Source: Macrostomum hystrix (Eukaryota; Animalia; Platyhelminthes). From it: 64,000 nucleotides of DNA. Both the position numbers and the translations under genes were made by a program. Each line of letters starts with the position of its first letter. Position 1 is the first letter of the stretch. Positions 36,316 to 49,509 of the stretch are shown here, piece after piece. The stretch lies in assembly GCA_950097015.1 (NCBI GenBank), contig CATNEN010000003.1:13392001-13456000 (forward strand), read 5' to 3'. Under the pieces are notes generated by a model. It had not been told where the DNA came from, searched no databases, and was given only the letters and a program-made list of their open reading frames with translations.

Positions 36316-36832
36316 TGTTATAACATTTGTTCATTCGAACATTCGTTCTAAAATGTTCGTCACTGTTCCCCAGCCCAATAAGCAAAGTAGTTTCTGTGGA
36401 GTAAGCTTATCTTCATCAGCTTCAGTACGTCGCTGTTTTTTATATCGCTAAAGTGAACTGTTAAAGCGCTTTTCAAAGGCCAAGACTTGCGCAACTGTAC
36501 TAGACTTTGAGCTAGAAGAGTTACACTGTCAATATTTTCAGGCAGCCCTGTAAAAAGTACCCAGGTTTGCATTTAGAGGCGTGTGAAAAATGTGGCAAAT
36601 TTTCTTAATCAGTGTCATAGAGTTATGGAAAACAACTTTCTAGCTATTAAATTTCTTTCTCGGATCCGCCCCTACTTTCTCATAGTTTATAAGAACCACA
36701 AGCGCACGATGGCCTTTCACAGAAAGCAAACAAAAACAGCTAAATAACCAAAGAGACTGAACTAAATTTTGATTGCAATCAGATAAGCGTTTAAGAGGCG
36801 CCTGCAAACAATTGAAAGGCGGAGCTGTGAAC

Positions 36833-39800
36833 ATGGCGATCCGCAAAATTCAAATCTCATTAGCCAAAAGATTATTCTGGCTCAGCATCTTGTTAAATAT
36901 AAGCGCGACTAGACCAGTGCAAAGTGCCACTACTTTATCAGCTACCCAGAGTGTGACACAATCGCCGACAATGGAAAGTACTCCAGTTGCGTCAACTCAA
37001 CCACCGACTACTCCAGTTGCGTCAACTCAACCACCGACTACTCCAGTTGCGTCAACTCAACCACCGACTACTCTAGTTGCGTCAACTCAACCACCGACTA
37101 CTCCAGTTCCGTCAACTCAACCACCGACTACTCCAGTTGCGTCAACTCAACCACCGACTACTCCAGTTCCGTCAACTCAACCACCGACTACTCCAGTTGC
37201 GTCAACTCAACCACCGACTACTCCAGTTGCGTCAACTCAACCACCGACTACTCCAGTTGCGTCAACTCAACCACCGACTACTCCAGTTCCGTCAACTCAA
37301 CCACCGACTACTCCAGTTGCGTCAACTCAACCAACAACTACTCCAGTTGCGTCAACTCAACCACCGACTACTCCAGTTGCGTCGACTCAACCACCGACTA
37401 CTCCAGTTGCGTCAACTCAACCACCGACTACTCCAGTTCCGTCAACTCAACCACCGACTACTCCAGTTCCGTCAACTCAACCACCGACTACTCCAGTTCC
37501 GTCAACTCAACCACCGACTACTCCAGTTGCGTCAACTCAACCACCGACTACTCCAGTTCCGTCAACTCAACCACCGACTACTCCAGTTCCGTCAACTCAA
37601 CCACCGACTACTCCAGTTGCGTCAACTCAACCACCGACTACTCCAGTTGCGTCAACTCAACCACCGACTACTCCAGTTGCGTCAACTCAACCACCGACTA
37701 CTCCAGTTCCGTCAACTCAACCACCGACTACTCCAGTTGCGTCAACTCAACCACCGACTACTCCAGTTGCGTCAACTCAACCACCGACTACTCCAGTTGC
37801 GTCAACTCAACCACCGACTACTCCAGTTCCGTCAACTCAACCACCGACTACTCCAGTTGCGTCAACTAAACCACCGACTACTCCAGTTGCGTCAACTCAA
37901 CCACCGACTACTCCAGTTGCGTCAACTCAACCACCGACTACTCCAGTTGCGTCAACTCAACCACCGACTACTCCAGTTCCGTCAACTCAACCACCGACTA
38001 CTCCAGTTCCGTCAACTCAACCACCGACTACTCCAGTTGCGTCAACTCAACCACCGACTACTCCAGTTGCGTCAACTCAACCACCGACTACTCCAGTTGC
38101 GTCAACTCAACCACCGACTAGTCCAGTTCCGTCAACTCAACCACCGACTACTCCAGTTCCGTCAACTCAACCACCGACTACTCCAGTTGCGTCAACTCAA
38201 CCACCGACTACTCCAGTTCCGTCAACTCAACCACCGACTACTCCAGTTGCGTCAACTCAACCACCGACTACTCCAGTTCCGTCAACTCAACAACCGACTA
38301 CTCCAGTTGCGTCAACTCAACCACCGACTACTCCAGTTCCGTCAACTCAACCACCGACTACTCCATTTCCGTCAACTCAACCACCGACTACTCCAGTTCC
38401 GTCAACTCAACCACCGACTACTCCAGTTCCGTCAACTCAACCAACAACTACTCCAGTTGCGTCAACTCAACCACCGACTACTCCAGTTCCGTCAACTCAA
38501 CCACCGACTACTCCAGTTCCGTCAACTCAACCACCGACTACTCCAGTTCCGTCAACTCAACCACCGACTACTCCAGTTGCGTCAACTCAACCACCGACTA
38601 CTCCAGTTGCGTCAACTCAACCACCGACTACTCCAGTTCCGTCAACTCAACCACCGACTACTCCAGTTCCGTCAACTCAATCACCGACTACTCCAGTTGC
38701 GTCAACTCAACCACCGACTACTCCAGTTGCGTCAACTCAACCACCGACTACTCCAGTTGCGTCAACTCAACCACCGACTACTCCAGTTCCGTCAACTCAA
38801 CCACCGACTACTCCAGTTGCGTCAACTAAACCACCGACTACTCCAGTTGCGTCAACTCAACCACCGACTACTCCAGTTGCGTCAACTCAACCACCGACTA
38901 CTCCATTTCCGTCAACTCAACCACCGACTACTCCAGTTCCGTCAACTCAACCACCGACTACTCCAGTTCCGTCAACTCAACCAACAACTACTCCAGTTGC
39001 GTCAACTCAACCACCGACTACTCCAGTTCCGTCAACTCAACCACCGACTACTCCAGTTCCGTCAACTCAACCACCGACTACTCCAGTTCCGTCAACTCAA
39101 CCACCGACTACTCCAGTTCCGTCAACTCAACCACCGACTACTCCAGTTCCGTCAACTCAACCACCGACTACTCCAGTTCCGTCAACTCAACCACCGACTA
39201 CTCCAGTTCCGTCAACTCAACCAACAACTACTCCAGTTGCGTCAACTCAACCACCGACTACTCCAGTTCCGTCAACTCAACCACCGACTACTCCAGTTCC
39301 GTCAACTCAACCACCGACTACTCCAGTTCCGTCAACTCAACCACCGACTACTCCAGTTGCGTCAACTCAACCACCGACTACTCCAGTTGCGTCAACTCAA
39401 CCACCGACTACTCCAGTTCCGTCAACTCAACCACCGACTACTCCAGTTCCGTCAACTCAATCACCGACTACTCCAGTTGCGTCAACTCAACCACCGACTA
39501 CTCCAGTTGCGTCAACTCAACCACCGACTACTCCAGTTGCGTCAACTCAACCACCGACTACTCCAGTTCCGTCAACTCAACCACCGACTACTCCAGTTGC
39601 GTCAACTAAACCACCGACTACTCCAGTTGCGTCAACTCAACCACCGACTACTCCAGTTGCGTCAACTCAACCACCGACTACTCCAGTTCCGTCAACTCAA
39701 CCACCGACTACTCCAGTTCCGTCAACTCAACCACCGACTACTCCAGTTTCGTCAACTCAACCACCGACAACTCAACCTCAGACAACTCAACCACTGACAA

Positions 39801-41322
39801 CTCAGCAACCGACAACTCAACCACCGGCAAACCTAGTTCCGTCAACACAAACGTCGACAACTCAACCAACGATAACTCAACCACCGACTGCTCCAGTTCC
39901 GTCAACACAACCGCCGACAACTCCAATTCCCGGAAGCTCGACTGCAGTCACTGGAAGCTCGACTTCAGCTACTGGAGGTTCGACTGCAGCTACTGGAAGT
40001 TCGACTGCAGTCACTGGAAGTTCGACTGCAGTCACTGGAAGCTCGACTGCAGCTACTGGAAGTTTGGCTGCAGCTACTGGAAGTTCGACTGCAGTCACTG
40101 GAAGCTCGACTGCAGTTACTGGAAGCTCGACTGCAGCTACTGGAAGCTCGACTGCAGCTACTGGAAGTTCGACTGCAGTCACTGCAAGCTCGACTGCAGT
40201 TACTGGTAGCTCGACTTCAGTTACTGGAAGCTCGACTGCAGTTCCCGGAAGCTTGACTTTTGTTCCTGGAAGCTCGACTGCTGCTACTGGAAGCTCGACT
40301 GCAGCTACTGGAAGCTCGACTGCTGTCACTGGAAGTTCGACTGCAGTCACTGGAAGCTCGACTGCAGTTACTGGAAGCTCGACTGCAGCTACTGGAAGCT
40401 CGACTGCAGCTACTGGAAGTTCGACTGCAGTCACTGCAAGCTCGACTGCAGTTACTGGTAGCTCGACTTCAGTTACTGGAAGCTCGACTGCAGTTCCCGG
40501 AAGCTTGACTTTTGTTCCTGGAAGCTCGACTGCTGCTACTGGAAGCTCAACTGCAGCTACTGGAAGCTCGACTGCTGTCACTGGAAGTTCGACTGCAGTC
40601 ACTGGAAGCTCGACTGCAGTTACTGGAAGCTCGACTGCAGCTACTGGAAGCTCGACTGCAGCTACTGGAAGTTCGACTGCAGTCACTGCAAGCTCGACTG
40701 CAGTTACTGGAAGCTCGACTGCAGTTACTGGTAGCTCGAATGCAGTTACTGGAAGCTCGACTGCAGTTCCCGGAAGCTTGACTTTTGTTCCTGGAAGCTC
40801 GACTGCTGCTACTGGAAGCTCGACTGCAGCTACTGGAAGTTCGACTGCAGTCACTGGAAGCTCGACTGCAGTTTCTGGAAGCTCGACTGCAGCTACTGGT
40901 AGCTTGACTTCTGTTCCTGGAAGCTCGACTGCTGCTACTGGAAGCTCGACTGCAGCCACTGGAAGCTCCACTTCAGGTTTATCCACGGCAGCATTCAGTA
41001 CAACGGCAACGGCCGCTGACAATAACGCAACGTCCGTCCAAGTGCCACAATGTGGATCATTTCGAAGTGGCGAGAACTGCGAAGGATGTAAGTGTAATGC
41101 TTGTTGTCGAGGCTTATTAATAATACACCCGTTGCTCATCTGATGCAAATAATTCGCTACGCTGACAACCACGCAGACACTCCGCTGTCCATCGGTCTGA
41201 TGAGCGTCGGGGGAGCAGGGTTCGCTGCGTGCGTGGCCGCAGTGGCCGTGAAGCTGGCCCTGGGTTACGGGGCAAGTCAAGCACCTGTTCTGCTGAGCAG
41301 TGTGAACCCACTAACTGTGTAA
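36833..41322 (+). CDS. Membrane-tethered mucin-like glycoprotein; exons 36833-41087 and 41177-41322
   Basis: Signal-peptide-like MAIRKIQISLAKRLFWLSILLNISA, about 93 TPV(A/P)STQPPT repeats, about 50 GSSTA(V/A)T repeats and a short Cys motif. A phase-1 intron (T|gtaagt...gctgac...cgcag|AC) joins to a hydrophobic TM segment (LSIGLMSVGGAGFAACVAAVAVKLAL) and a tail ending PLTV*. Confidence 0.85.
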
Positions 41323-41859
41323 TCGACAACTTTGACAATAAAGTTTTTTAAGCTTTACCTGTACTTTCTATTCCCTAGATTATCGTTGCTATTTTATTTA
41401 AGCTTCTCTGAAACAAAGAAAACTGCATCTATTTTTTTTTGAATCATAAAAAAAGTTTGCTATCTGCTTTCTCACTACTTTAAGTAATTGTAAGCTAGAT
41501 TCATTATTAATATTTTTAAAAAACAAAAATGTTTTGAAGATACTCGTCCGAAATCGGATGCAAATTTTATGGGACTGAGTTATTCTTCTGATTCGCTCAA
41601 ACGAACGAAAAAATGCTCAGAGACAATACGCCCCAGCTGCAGACAACGGAAAAAGCAACTTTTTCCGTTGCTTTGTTGTTATGTTACCAAATATCGAAAC
41701 TAAAATCATAGAGTGACAGGAACTCAAGCGAGTATCGCAGTAGGAATCGCAGCAAGAGCTATGCAGATAACATTGTAACAGGAATCGCAGCTACTCTCGC
41801 CGAATCGCAGTAACAAAGCCAAATCAAGAATCGCATCAGGAAACGCAGATGGAATAGAA

Positions 41860-42275
41860 TCGCAGCAATAATCTAAGCAGGAATTGCGATTCTATGGGAA
41901 TCACTGAAGAAATCGAACCAGGCATTGTGATTGTGAGAATCGCAGCAAGAATCTAAGCAGGAATTGCGATTCTATGGGAATCACTGAAGAAATCGAACCA
42001 GGCATTGTGATTGTGAGAATCGCAGCAAGAATCCAAGCAGGAATTGCGATTCTATGGGAATCACTGAAGAAATCGAACCAGGCATTGTGATTGTGAGAAT
42101 CGCAGCAAGAATCCAAGCAGGAATTGCGATTCTATGGGAATCACTGAAGAAATCGAACCAGGCATTGTGATTGTGAGAATCGCAGCAAGAATCCAAGCAG
42201 GAATTGCGATTCTATGGGAATCACTGAAGAAATCGAACCAGGCATTGTTTTTGTGAGAATCGCAGCAAGAATCGA
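41860..42275. repeat. 80-bp tandem repeat, about 5 copies
   Basis: gaatcgcagcaagaatccaagcaggaattgcgattctatgggaatcactgaagaaatcgaaccaggcattgtgattgtga; related to the reverse complement of 59790-60560. Confidence 0.95.
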
Positions 42276-42469
42276 AGCAGTAACTGCAGCGATAAAGGCA
42301 ATAAGAATCGAACCGCGACCACATGTCAGGAATCGCAGCAGGAGCTTATTTAAACAATATATGCATTGTACGTTATCAAGTAACTGCGCGAATATTGCAG
42401 TATAACACTTCGTTTTCTACTGTCAGTAGTAGATTATTCAAGGCAGGCGACTCATATCGCTTTTCAAAC

Positions 42470-42715
42470 GACTCGAAAGCTTCTCAAACGCTTCTCAAAC
42501 TAATTAAAAGCTTCTCAAACGCTTATTAGACGACTCAAAAGCTTCTCAACCGCTTATTAGACGACTCAAACGCTTCTCAAACGAATCCAAAGCTTCTCAA
42601 ACGATAATTTGACGACTAAAACGATTCTCAAGCTAATCAAAATCTTCTCAAATGCTTGTTAGACGACTCAAGTGCTTCTCAAACGAATCGAAAGCTTCTC
42701 AAACGCTAATTAGAT
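42470..42715. repeat. Degenerate short repeat (gcttctcaaacg)
   Basis: Repeated gcttctcaaacg and gacgactcaa motifs. Confidence 0.7.
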
Positions 42716-44062
42716 GATTCGAACGATATAATTTAACTAAACTTAAACGACTCAATCGCTGCAAGCGACTCTGTAACGATTTAATCGTCGCTGGAGAAAT
42801 ATCTTCCGTGATACCCAGTTGCATCGCCATCCAGTTTTCCAGGATCGTTTTTGAAGTGATTCGAACGCTTTCAAAAGAGTTCAAGACTCCAGTAAGTATT
42901 GTTTTTAAAAACCTGTACTTTTATATTAGCTTATTTGAGCACACTTTGAGCACATTCACTAACACGCGAGACAGCTACAGACTAACAGAAAGACAGACAG
43001 ACAGACAGTACAAAAGCTTAAAAGTACAAAGTGTTCCTAAAAAACAGTAAGAAAAAACTATGATATCAAAGTTTTCACTGCCAGTATGGGACGCTTTAAC
43101 AGGCAGTTCAATTAAAAAAAAACACATAAGCCTTAGCTAAAAAAACTAATTCCGAGAACTTCCATCTTTGGCCGTAAAAAATAGAATTTAGGATAAATAA
43201 AATAAAAAGCTTAAAATATGGACAATAGTTTTGCTAGTTAAGTGCAGCAATAAAAAATAAACAAATAAACAATATGATTATACAATAAAAAATAGCAAAT
43301 CCCGTGCGAATATGTACAACAACTCGATTGGCATATAACAGTTTTACAGTGGCCATAAATAGCAAATAAAACTTTGTGAAAACACCAAACCTTGAACTGA
43401 CACCGATAACACAAATTATTGGTTACATTACCACTCTCTCCTCCCTTATGACTATCTTCATAATGACTCCTTTCATTATGACTATCTTTCCAATGACTCT
43501 ATTGCTTACGACTATCTTTCTTATGACTATTTCCCTTATGACTCTATTGTTTATGACCATCTTTCTTATGACTCTTTCCCTGATGAATATCTTCACCTTA
43601 TGACTTATAAAATACATTAGAGGCGCAGTATTTAACCCAAAATTGCATTCACAAGATTGATTGATGCCTCAGTTAAATCAACCCAATTTACTAAAGCACT
43701 TTTTCGGGGCCTAGGTAAGACTATAACTGAGTTAAGAATTGCATCGCAACGTCAACTTGATTCAAATTTTAAATTCATGCACGAAAAAATTTAAATTAAA
43801 ATACAGGCAATATGAATAATTTGTTTCGAGCAAAGCAAGCGGTAAAAATAGAAGCCAGACATTTATAAATAAGAAAAAAGCACATTATAAAGACAGTGAA
43901 AATAGCAATTGTAAACAGAGCATAATACGCTTGGCTATATAGATAATTTTATTAGTAAGACTAGTTTCTTGTGCGATGAATTCCGTCATGAAAAGAATTT
44001 TAAAGATGGAAAGATTCAAGAGAAACATTTTTCCCGGTAGAGATAGAGGCGGCTTAATTAAA

Positions 44063-45040
44063 TATCAAAGAGAAAAGTTATCGATAACGATAGTGGCGGC
44101 ACACTTGAAGATCAAAGAGAAAAGTTATCGATAACGATAGTGGCGGCACACTTGAAGATCAAAGAGAAAAGTTATCGATAACGATAGTGGCGGCACACTT
44201 GAAGATCAAAGAGAAAAGTTATCGATAACGATAGTGGCGGCACACTTGAAGATCAAAGAGAAAAGTTATCGGTAACGATAGTGGCGGCACACTTGAAGAT
44301 CAAAGAGAAAAGGTTATCGATAACGATGATAGTAGCAGCACACTGAAAGATCAAAGAGGAAATCTATCGATAACGATAGTTGCGGCACACTTGAAGATCA
44401 AAGAGAAAGGTTATCGGTAACGATTGTGGCGGCACACTTGAAGATCAAAGAGAAAGGTTATCGATAACGATAGCGGCGGCACACTTAAAGATCAAAGAGA
44501 AAGGTTATCGATAACGATAGTGGCGGCACACTTGAAGATCAAAGAGAAAAGTTATCGGTAACGATAGTGGCGGCACACTTGAAGATCAAAGAGAAAAGTT
44601 ATCGATAACGATAGTGGCGGCATACTGAAAGATCAAAGAGGAACGTTATCGGTAACGATAGTGGCGGCACACTTGAAGATCAAAGAAAAAAGGTTATCGA
44701 TAACGATGATAGTAGCAGCACACTGAAAGATCAAAGAGGAAATCTATCGATAACGATAGTTGCGGCACACTTGAAGATCAAAGAGAAAGGTTATCGGTAA
44801 CGATTGTGGCGGCACACTTAAAGATCAAAGAGAAAGGTTATCGATAACGATAGCGGCGGCACACTTAAAGATCAAAGAGAAAGGTTATCGATAACGATAG
44901 CGGCGGCACACTTAAAGATCAAAGAGAAAGGTTATCGGTAACGATAGTGGCGGCACACTTGAAGATCAAAGAGAAAGGTTATCGATAACGATAGCGGCGG
45001 CACACTTAAAGATCAAAGAGAAAGATTTTCGATAACGATA
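44063..45040. repeat. 46-bp minisatellite just downstream of the PCGF stop codon
   Basis: atcaaagagaaaagttatcgataacgatagtggcggcacacttgaa, about 21 copies. Confidence 0.96.
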
Positions 45041-45123
45041 GAGAGATGCGGAGCGCTAGGTGGCACATTGAAGACTTACAAAAAGTTCTCAGCTGTACGT
45101 CTTTTGTCAAACTAGACTAATAT

Positions 45124-45921
45124 TCAGGTAGAATTGGCATCACCACTCTCGCTAGCTGTGGAACTGCTCATTTCGTAGGCCACAGCCGCTGGGTTGTCAG
45201 TGTTCGGGACAGAAGCCAAAGCTTTCGCAGCTGAGTCCACAACAGTGTAGAACAATCTCAACGGTCCCTTGCGTCGCCATGCGTAGACATACGCAATGTC
45301 CATGATTGAAAAGTCGGCATGCAGACAGTCGTCGGTGTAGAAAATAGCCACCGACTGGCTAGGTCGTAAATTAAATTTCAAGGTGAGAAATTTCTGCAGA
45401 TGCTGCACAGTTAGGCAGGCCGGAGCCAGCAGGTAGCAAGCTCTGGCCTGATCGACGCAGTCAGTGCGCAACAGACGCCCCGAACGAATCCGTTTAGTGT
45501 CGGCCAGTTCAAGCGACAGAGACACCCGCTCGTCGTCCTGAACTAGGCAGGCATTCTCGAAGGCTAAATCGCCACGCTTCTCCGGACTCAACGACCGATC
45601 GCCGCCAGCGGAAGGATTCTCAACGTAGAATTGTCTCCGTCTAGTCATCTCGGCTTTGAATAGGCCGGGAACAATTTTGTAAACCAGCGATTGCAAGGCG
45701 CGATCTAATCGAATAGCTCGATAAGGATCGGCTTTGTGTAGCTGACTGTCGCATACCGGGCAAGAGTAATTGTTTCTAGACAGGTGAGTCAATAGGCAGG
45801 AGCGACAGAACGCGTGCAGGCATTCAACAATGGTTGTGGCATCGATTAGATAGCCATTGCATAGGCGGCATGTTATGTGCTCATTTAGCTGGCTAATTGG
45901 TAGGTGTACAAGTTTGTGCAT
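45124..45921 (-). CDS. PCGF: Polycomb group RING finger protein (BMI1/PCGF2/4/Psc-like), single exon
   Basis: RING LNEHITCRLCNGYLIDATTIVECLHAFCRSC...CPVC, then DRALQSLVYKIVPGLF.AEM.RRRQFY and a RAWUL domain (TVQHLQKFL...SIMDIAYVYAWRRKGPLRLFY). Confidence 0.95.
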   Translation of the reverse strand: MHKLVHLPISQLNEHITCRLCNGYLIDATTIVECLHAFCRSCLLTHLSRNNYSCPVCDSQLHKADPYRAIRLDRALQSLVYKIVPGLFKAEMTRRRQFYVENPSAGGDRSLSPEKRGDLAFENACLVQDDERVSLSLELADTKRIRSGRLLRTDCVDQARACYLLAPACLTVQHLQKFLTLKFNLRPSQSVAIFYTDDCLHADFSIMDIAYVYAWRRKGPLRLFYTVVDSAAKALASVPNTDNPAAVAYEMSSSTASESGDANST

Positions 45922-45999
45922 TGTCGATTAATTTTTTCAGGCTGCAAGTTGTGATTTAAGAATTTATCAAATTTAATTTTGATTCATAGTAAATCAAGC

Positions 46000-46225
46000 A
46001 GCCGGCAGCACAGCCGCAGCTATTGTGCGGTGCATCTGAAGGCTGCGTACGGCTGTTCAGTCCATGGACTGGGGGACGCCACACCCATCTTTAACTAACT
46101 CAGCAGATGCTTGTACCCCTCAAAGTGAAGTGTCTTGCTAAATAATTGTTCCAGTTAAGTCGGGAATCGAACCCCCGACCTTCAAATCGAAAGTCCGACG
46201 CTCTAACCACTAGGCCACAACCTCC
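46000..46225 (-). mobile_element. tRNA-derived SINE family B immediately upstream of PCGF
   Basis: ggaggttgtggcctagtggttagagcgtcggactttcgatttgaaggtcgggggttcgattccc (A and B boxes), then agcaagacactt and gggtgtggc...cagtccatggactgaa. Confidence 0.8.
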
Positions 46226-46994
46226 GCGCCGAAAGTTCGAAAACATTTTTTCTAAACTGAATGGGATAATTGCCGACTGGGAGTATAATGGCGAAATGGT
46301 TGATCTGCAGAAAGCAGGAAAAAAGTGTCCTAAGCTTAAGGACAACGATTTATTTCCCTTTAGGCTTAGAATTAATCCCCAGACGTCTCGTCAGTTTATT
46401 CCTGATACCTGAAAACTAAAGTTAATAGCACTATTTCATATCAATGGTAGATGAAAACAATGCCACGTCTTATCAATAAAAAAAGTCTCCCATTAAAAGC
46501 ACATGGCGCCACTTCGCGACCATTCGCATGACCTTTGCACATCATAGCGATTTCTGCGGTGACTATTCTGCATATAGCCCACAGACCGTAAGCTTAAGCT
46601 AAATAGTTCCGCGACTATAAGCCAACTGAAGGTCGGTGAACGGGACAGCATAGAGATCAGGCCATAGGGGAGGGGGGTTGGCGCAGGGGAATAGGGAAGA
46701 TTAATGCGACAACGTTAGCCCATGTTTGCGGCTTAGTTGCATTGAATTAAACTGTGCCATATTTATCAAGGGAATGATGGGAAAATAGACGAGAAACACA
46801 AAGTAACCCGATAACCAAAAAATAAGAGTATATGACAATAATTTTATTAGTCCTTGATTATCAGAAAATGCCTGATTAAACTGTATAGTATGAATTAGTA
46901 AGCTGAGATAAAGCGTGATTGATTTCAAAAAGATCAGGATAGAGCAAACAACGGCCAGCGTGACCGACAGATTCAGCCCATTTTACACCGATTC

Positions 46995-47905
46995 TCTCTC
47001 CCCTGTCTCATCACTCCCTTGTCTTATCACTCCCTTGTCTTATCACTCCCCTGTCTCATCACTCCCCTGTCTCATCACCCCCTGCCTCATCATCTCCCCT
47101 GTCTTATCTCTCCCCTGTCTCATCACCCCCTGCCTCATCATCTCCCCTGTCTTATCTCTCCCCTGTCTCATCACCCCCTGCCTCATCATCTCCCCTGTCT
47201 TATCTCTCCCCTGTCTCATCACCCCCTGCCTCATCATCTCCCCTGTCTTATCTCTCCCCTGTCTCATCACCCCCCTGTCTCATCACTCCCTTGTCTTATC
47301 ACTCCCCTGTCTCATCACCCCCCTGTCTCATCACTCCGTCTCATCACTCCCCTGTTTCATCACCCCCTGTCTCATCACTCCCCTGTCTCATCACCCCCCT
47401 GTCTCATCACTCCGTCTCATCACTCCGTCTTATCACTCCCCTGTCTCATCACTCCCCTGTTTCATCACCCCCTGTCTCATCACCCCCCTGTCTCATCACT
47501 CCGTCTCATCACTCCGTCTTATCACTCCCCTGTTTCATCACCCCCTGTCTCATCACTCCCCTGTCTCATCACCCCCTGTCTCATCATCTCCCCTGTCTTA
47601 TCTCTCCCCTGTCTCATCACTCCCCTGTCTCATCACTCCCCTGTCTCATCACCCCGTCTCATCACTCCCCTGTCTTATCTCTCCCGTGTCTTATCTCTCC
47701 CCTGTATCATCACTCCCCTGTCTTATCTCTCCCGTGTCTTATCTCTCCCCTGTATCATCTCTCCCCTGTCTCATCACTCCCATCTTATATCTTATCTATC
47801 TTTTCTCTCCCATCTCATCTCTCCCGTTTCATCTCTCCCATCTTAACTCTTATCTGTCTTATCTCTCCCATGTCTTATATCTTATATCTCTTATCTGTCT
47901 AATCT
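46995..47905. repeat. (tgtctcatcactcccc)n simple repeat
   Basis: Same family as the arrays at 30320 and 54170. Confidence 0.95.
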
Positions 47906-48649
47906 CTCCCTATGAGAATGAGATAAGAGATGGGTGTAAAGAGATTGGAGTAGGATGGAATGAGAGATAACATATAGAGGTAGAGCATGTGGGAAACAGA
48001 GAAGAAATAAGTCTAGACAGTGGGACTAAAAAACTAACGATTGATTGGGCAGGAAAAGTAGTCGATGCGACTTAGTCAAACAACATCATAAACTAGAAAG
48101 CATACAATCTCAGTCTATGACATACCTGCGTGCATTATAAGTAAAAAATGAGTAGGATCAACACCAGGCCTAGAGAGCCATGTTTATCGAAAGATAAGAT
48201 GAGATATAGAAAGATAAATAGTGAGATAGAAGACTCAGGTGAGACAGGGATACAGACGGACAGACAGACAGGCAGGCATTGACAGAGTCCAGTCTAGCAC
48301 ATCGATACGACTTTTAGGAAACACCTGCTAACTAATTCAACAATGAGTGGCCAAACAGAAATTCTAAATATGTGCTTTATAGAGAATAATAGTGCATTAA
48401 TATGAAATATTATAACAAAAAACAAGAGATGCATTGACAGTTTTTGAAAAAATTGTTTATAAAGCTTAACGTCTAGGCCGCATACAGTAGTTAAAAATTA
48501 CAAAACTATTGAGTAGTTTAGAGACTGCTAAGTAAATTGGAATATTAAAACTGACAGTAAGAAATAATGATTTAAGATTACAAATGAATGTATGAATGGA
48601 CTAATGGCATACAAAAATGTGATGATAATAGGGACTTGGGAAAGTATTC

Positions 48650-48965
48650 AAATAAGGGACTGCGAAGGGATTCTAATAGGGAATTCGGAATGGATTCTAA
48701 TAGGAGAATCCACTGAGAATAGATTTTATTATGGGATTAGGAAGGGATTCTACTACGGGTTTGCAAAGGGATTCTATTAGGAGATTTGGGAAGGGATTCT
48801 AATAGGGGATTGGGAAGGGATTCTATTGGGGAATCGCGGAAGGGATTCTACTAGGGGATTGTGAAGGGATTTTAATAGGCGATTGGAAAGGGATTCTAGT
48901 AGGGGATTGGAAAGGGATTCTAATAAGGGATTGGGAAGGGATTCTAATAGGGGATTTGGAGGGGA
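48650..48965. repeat. ~23-bp degenerate repeat (gggaagggattctaatagggga)
   Basis: Tandem degenerate units. Confidence 0.8.
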
Positions 48966-49509
48966 TACAAAAGCGGGATTTGGAAATTATAGAAACAGTC
49001 ATTTTTTAAGGGATCAAATTTGGGGTTTTTAAGGGACACTAACGGATGAACTGTAAAGGGTCACGTCACAGATAGTGTGTTAAAAAAATCAAGTGAAAAT
49101 TAGACACTGAAAGCAAAATATAAGACAGACGATAGCACTCGCTGGTTTTGAGGAACGAGCTGAGGGAATACCCAGAGAAGGGTGCTCAGAGAAGTCCCAC
49201 TGGACTAGCACAGTGGCAATATGAGTACGAGCTAGTCTTACTTTACATCGGAACAACCTCAGAAAACAGCACTAGCCTCGACGCTTAATTTCCAGCAATG
49301 TAGGCCCCACCGCAGCAACTGATCGATGGATATTCGATATTCGATCGAGTGAGGGGAAACTTTGACTAGGGCGCTAATATATAGCTTACTAATGTTCTTC
49401 TTTATATTTCCCTACAGGGAGTTGATAAAAAGGCGAACGTTACTTTTTAACCGACTTCAATTTTACCATATTATCAAAATTCTCTAAGCAATTAATTTGA
49501 TGGATTTGA

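Noticed and set aside
37077-41280. Alternative-frame and antisense ORFs over the mucin (RQLNHRLLQ, VELPV)
   Set aside because: Shadows of the coding repeat; only the Pro/Thr/Ser-rich frame has a signal peptide and a TM exon.
46150-46225. Functional tRNA-Arg(TCG) gene
   Set aside because: The tRNA-like head continues into a body shared with other dispersed SINE-B copies, and the acceptor stem does not pair.
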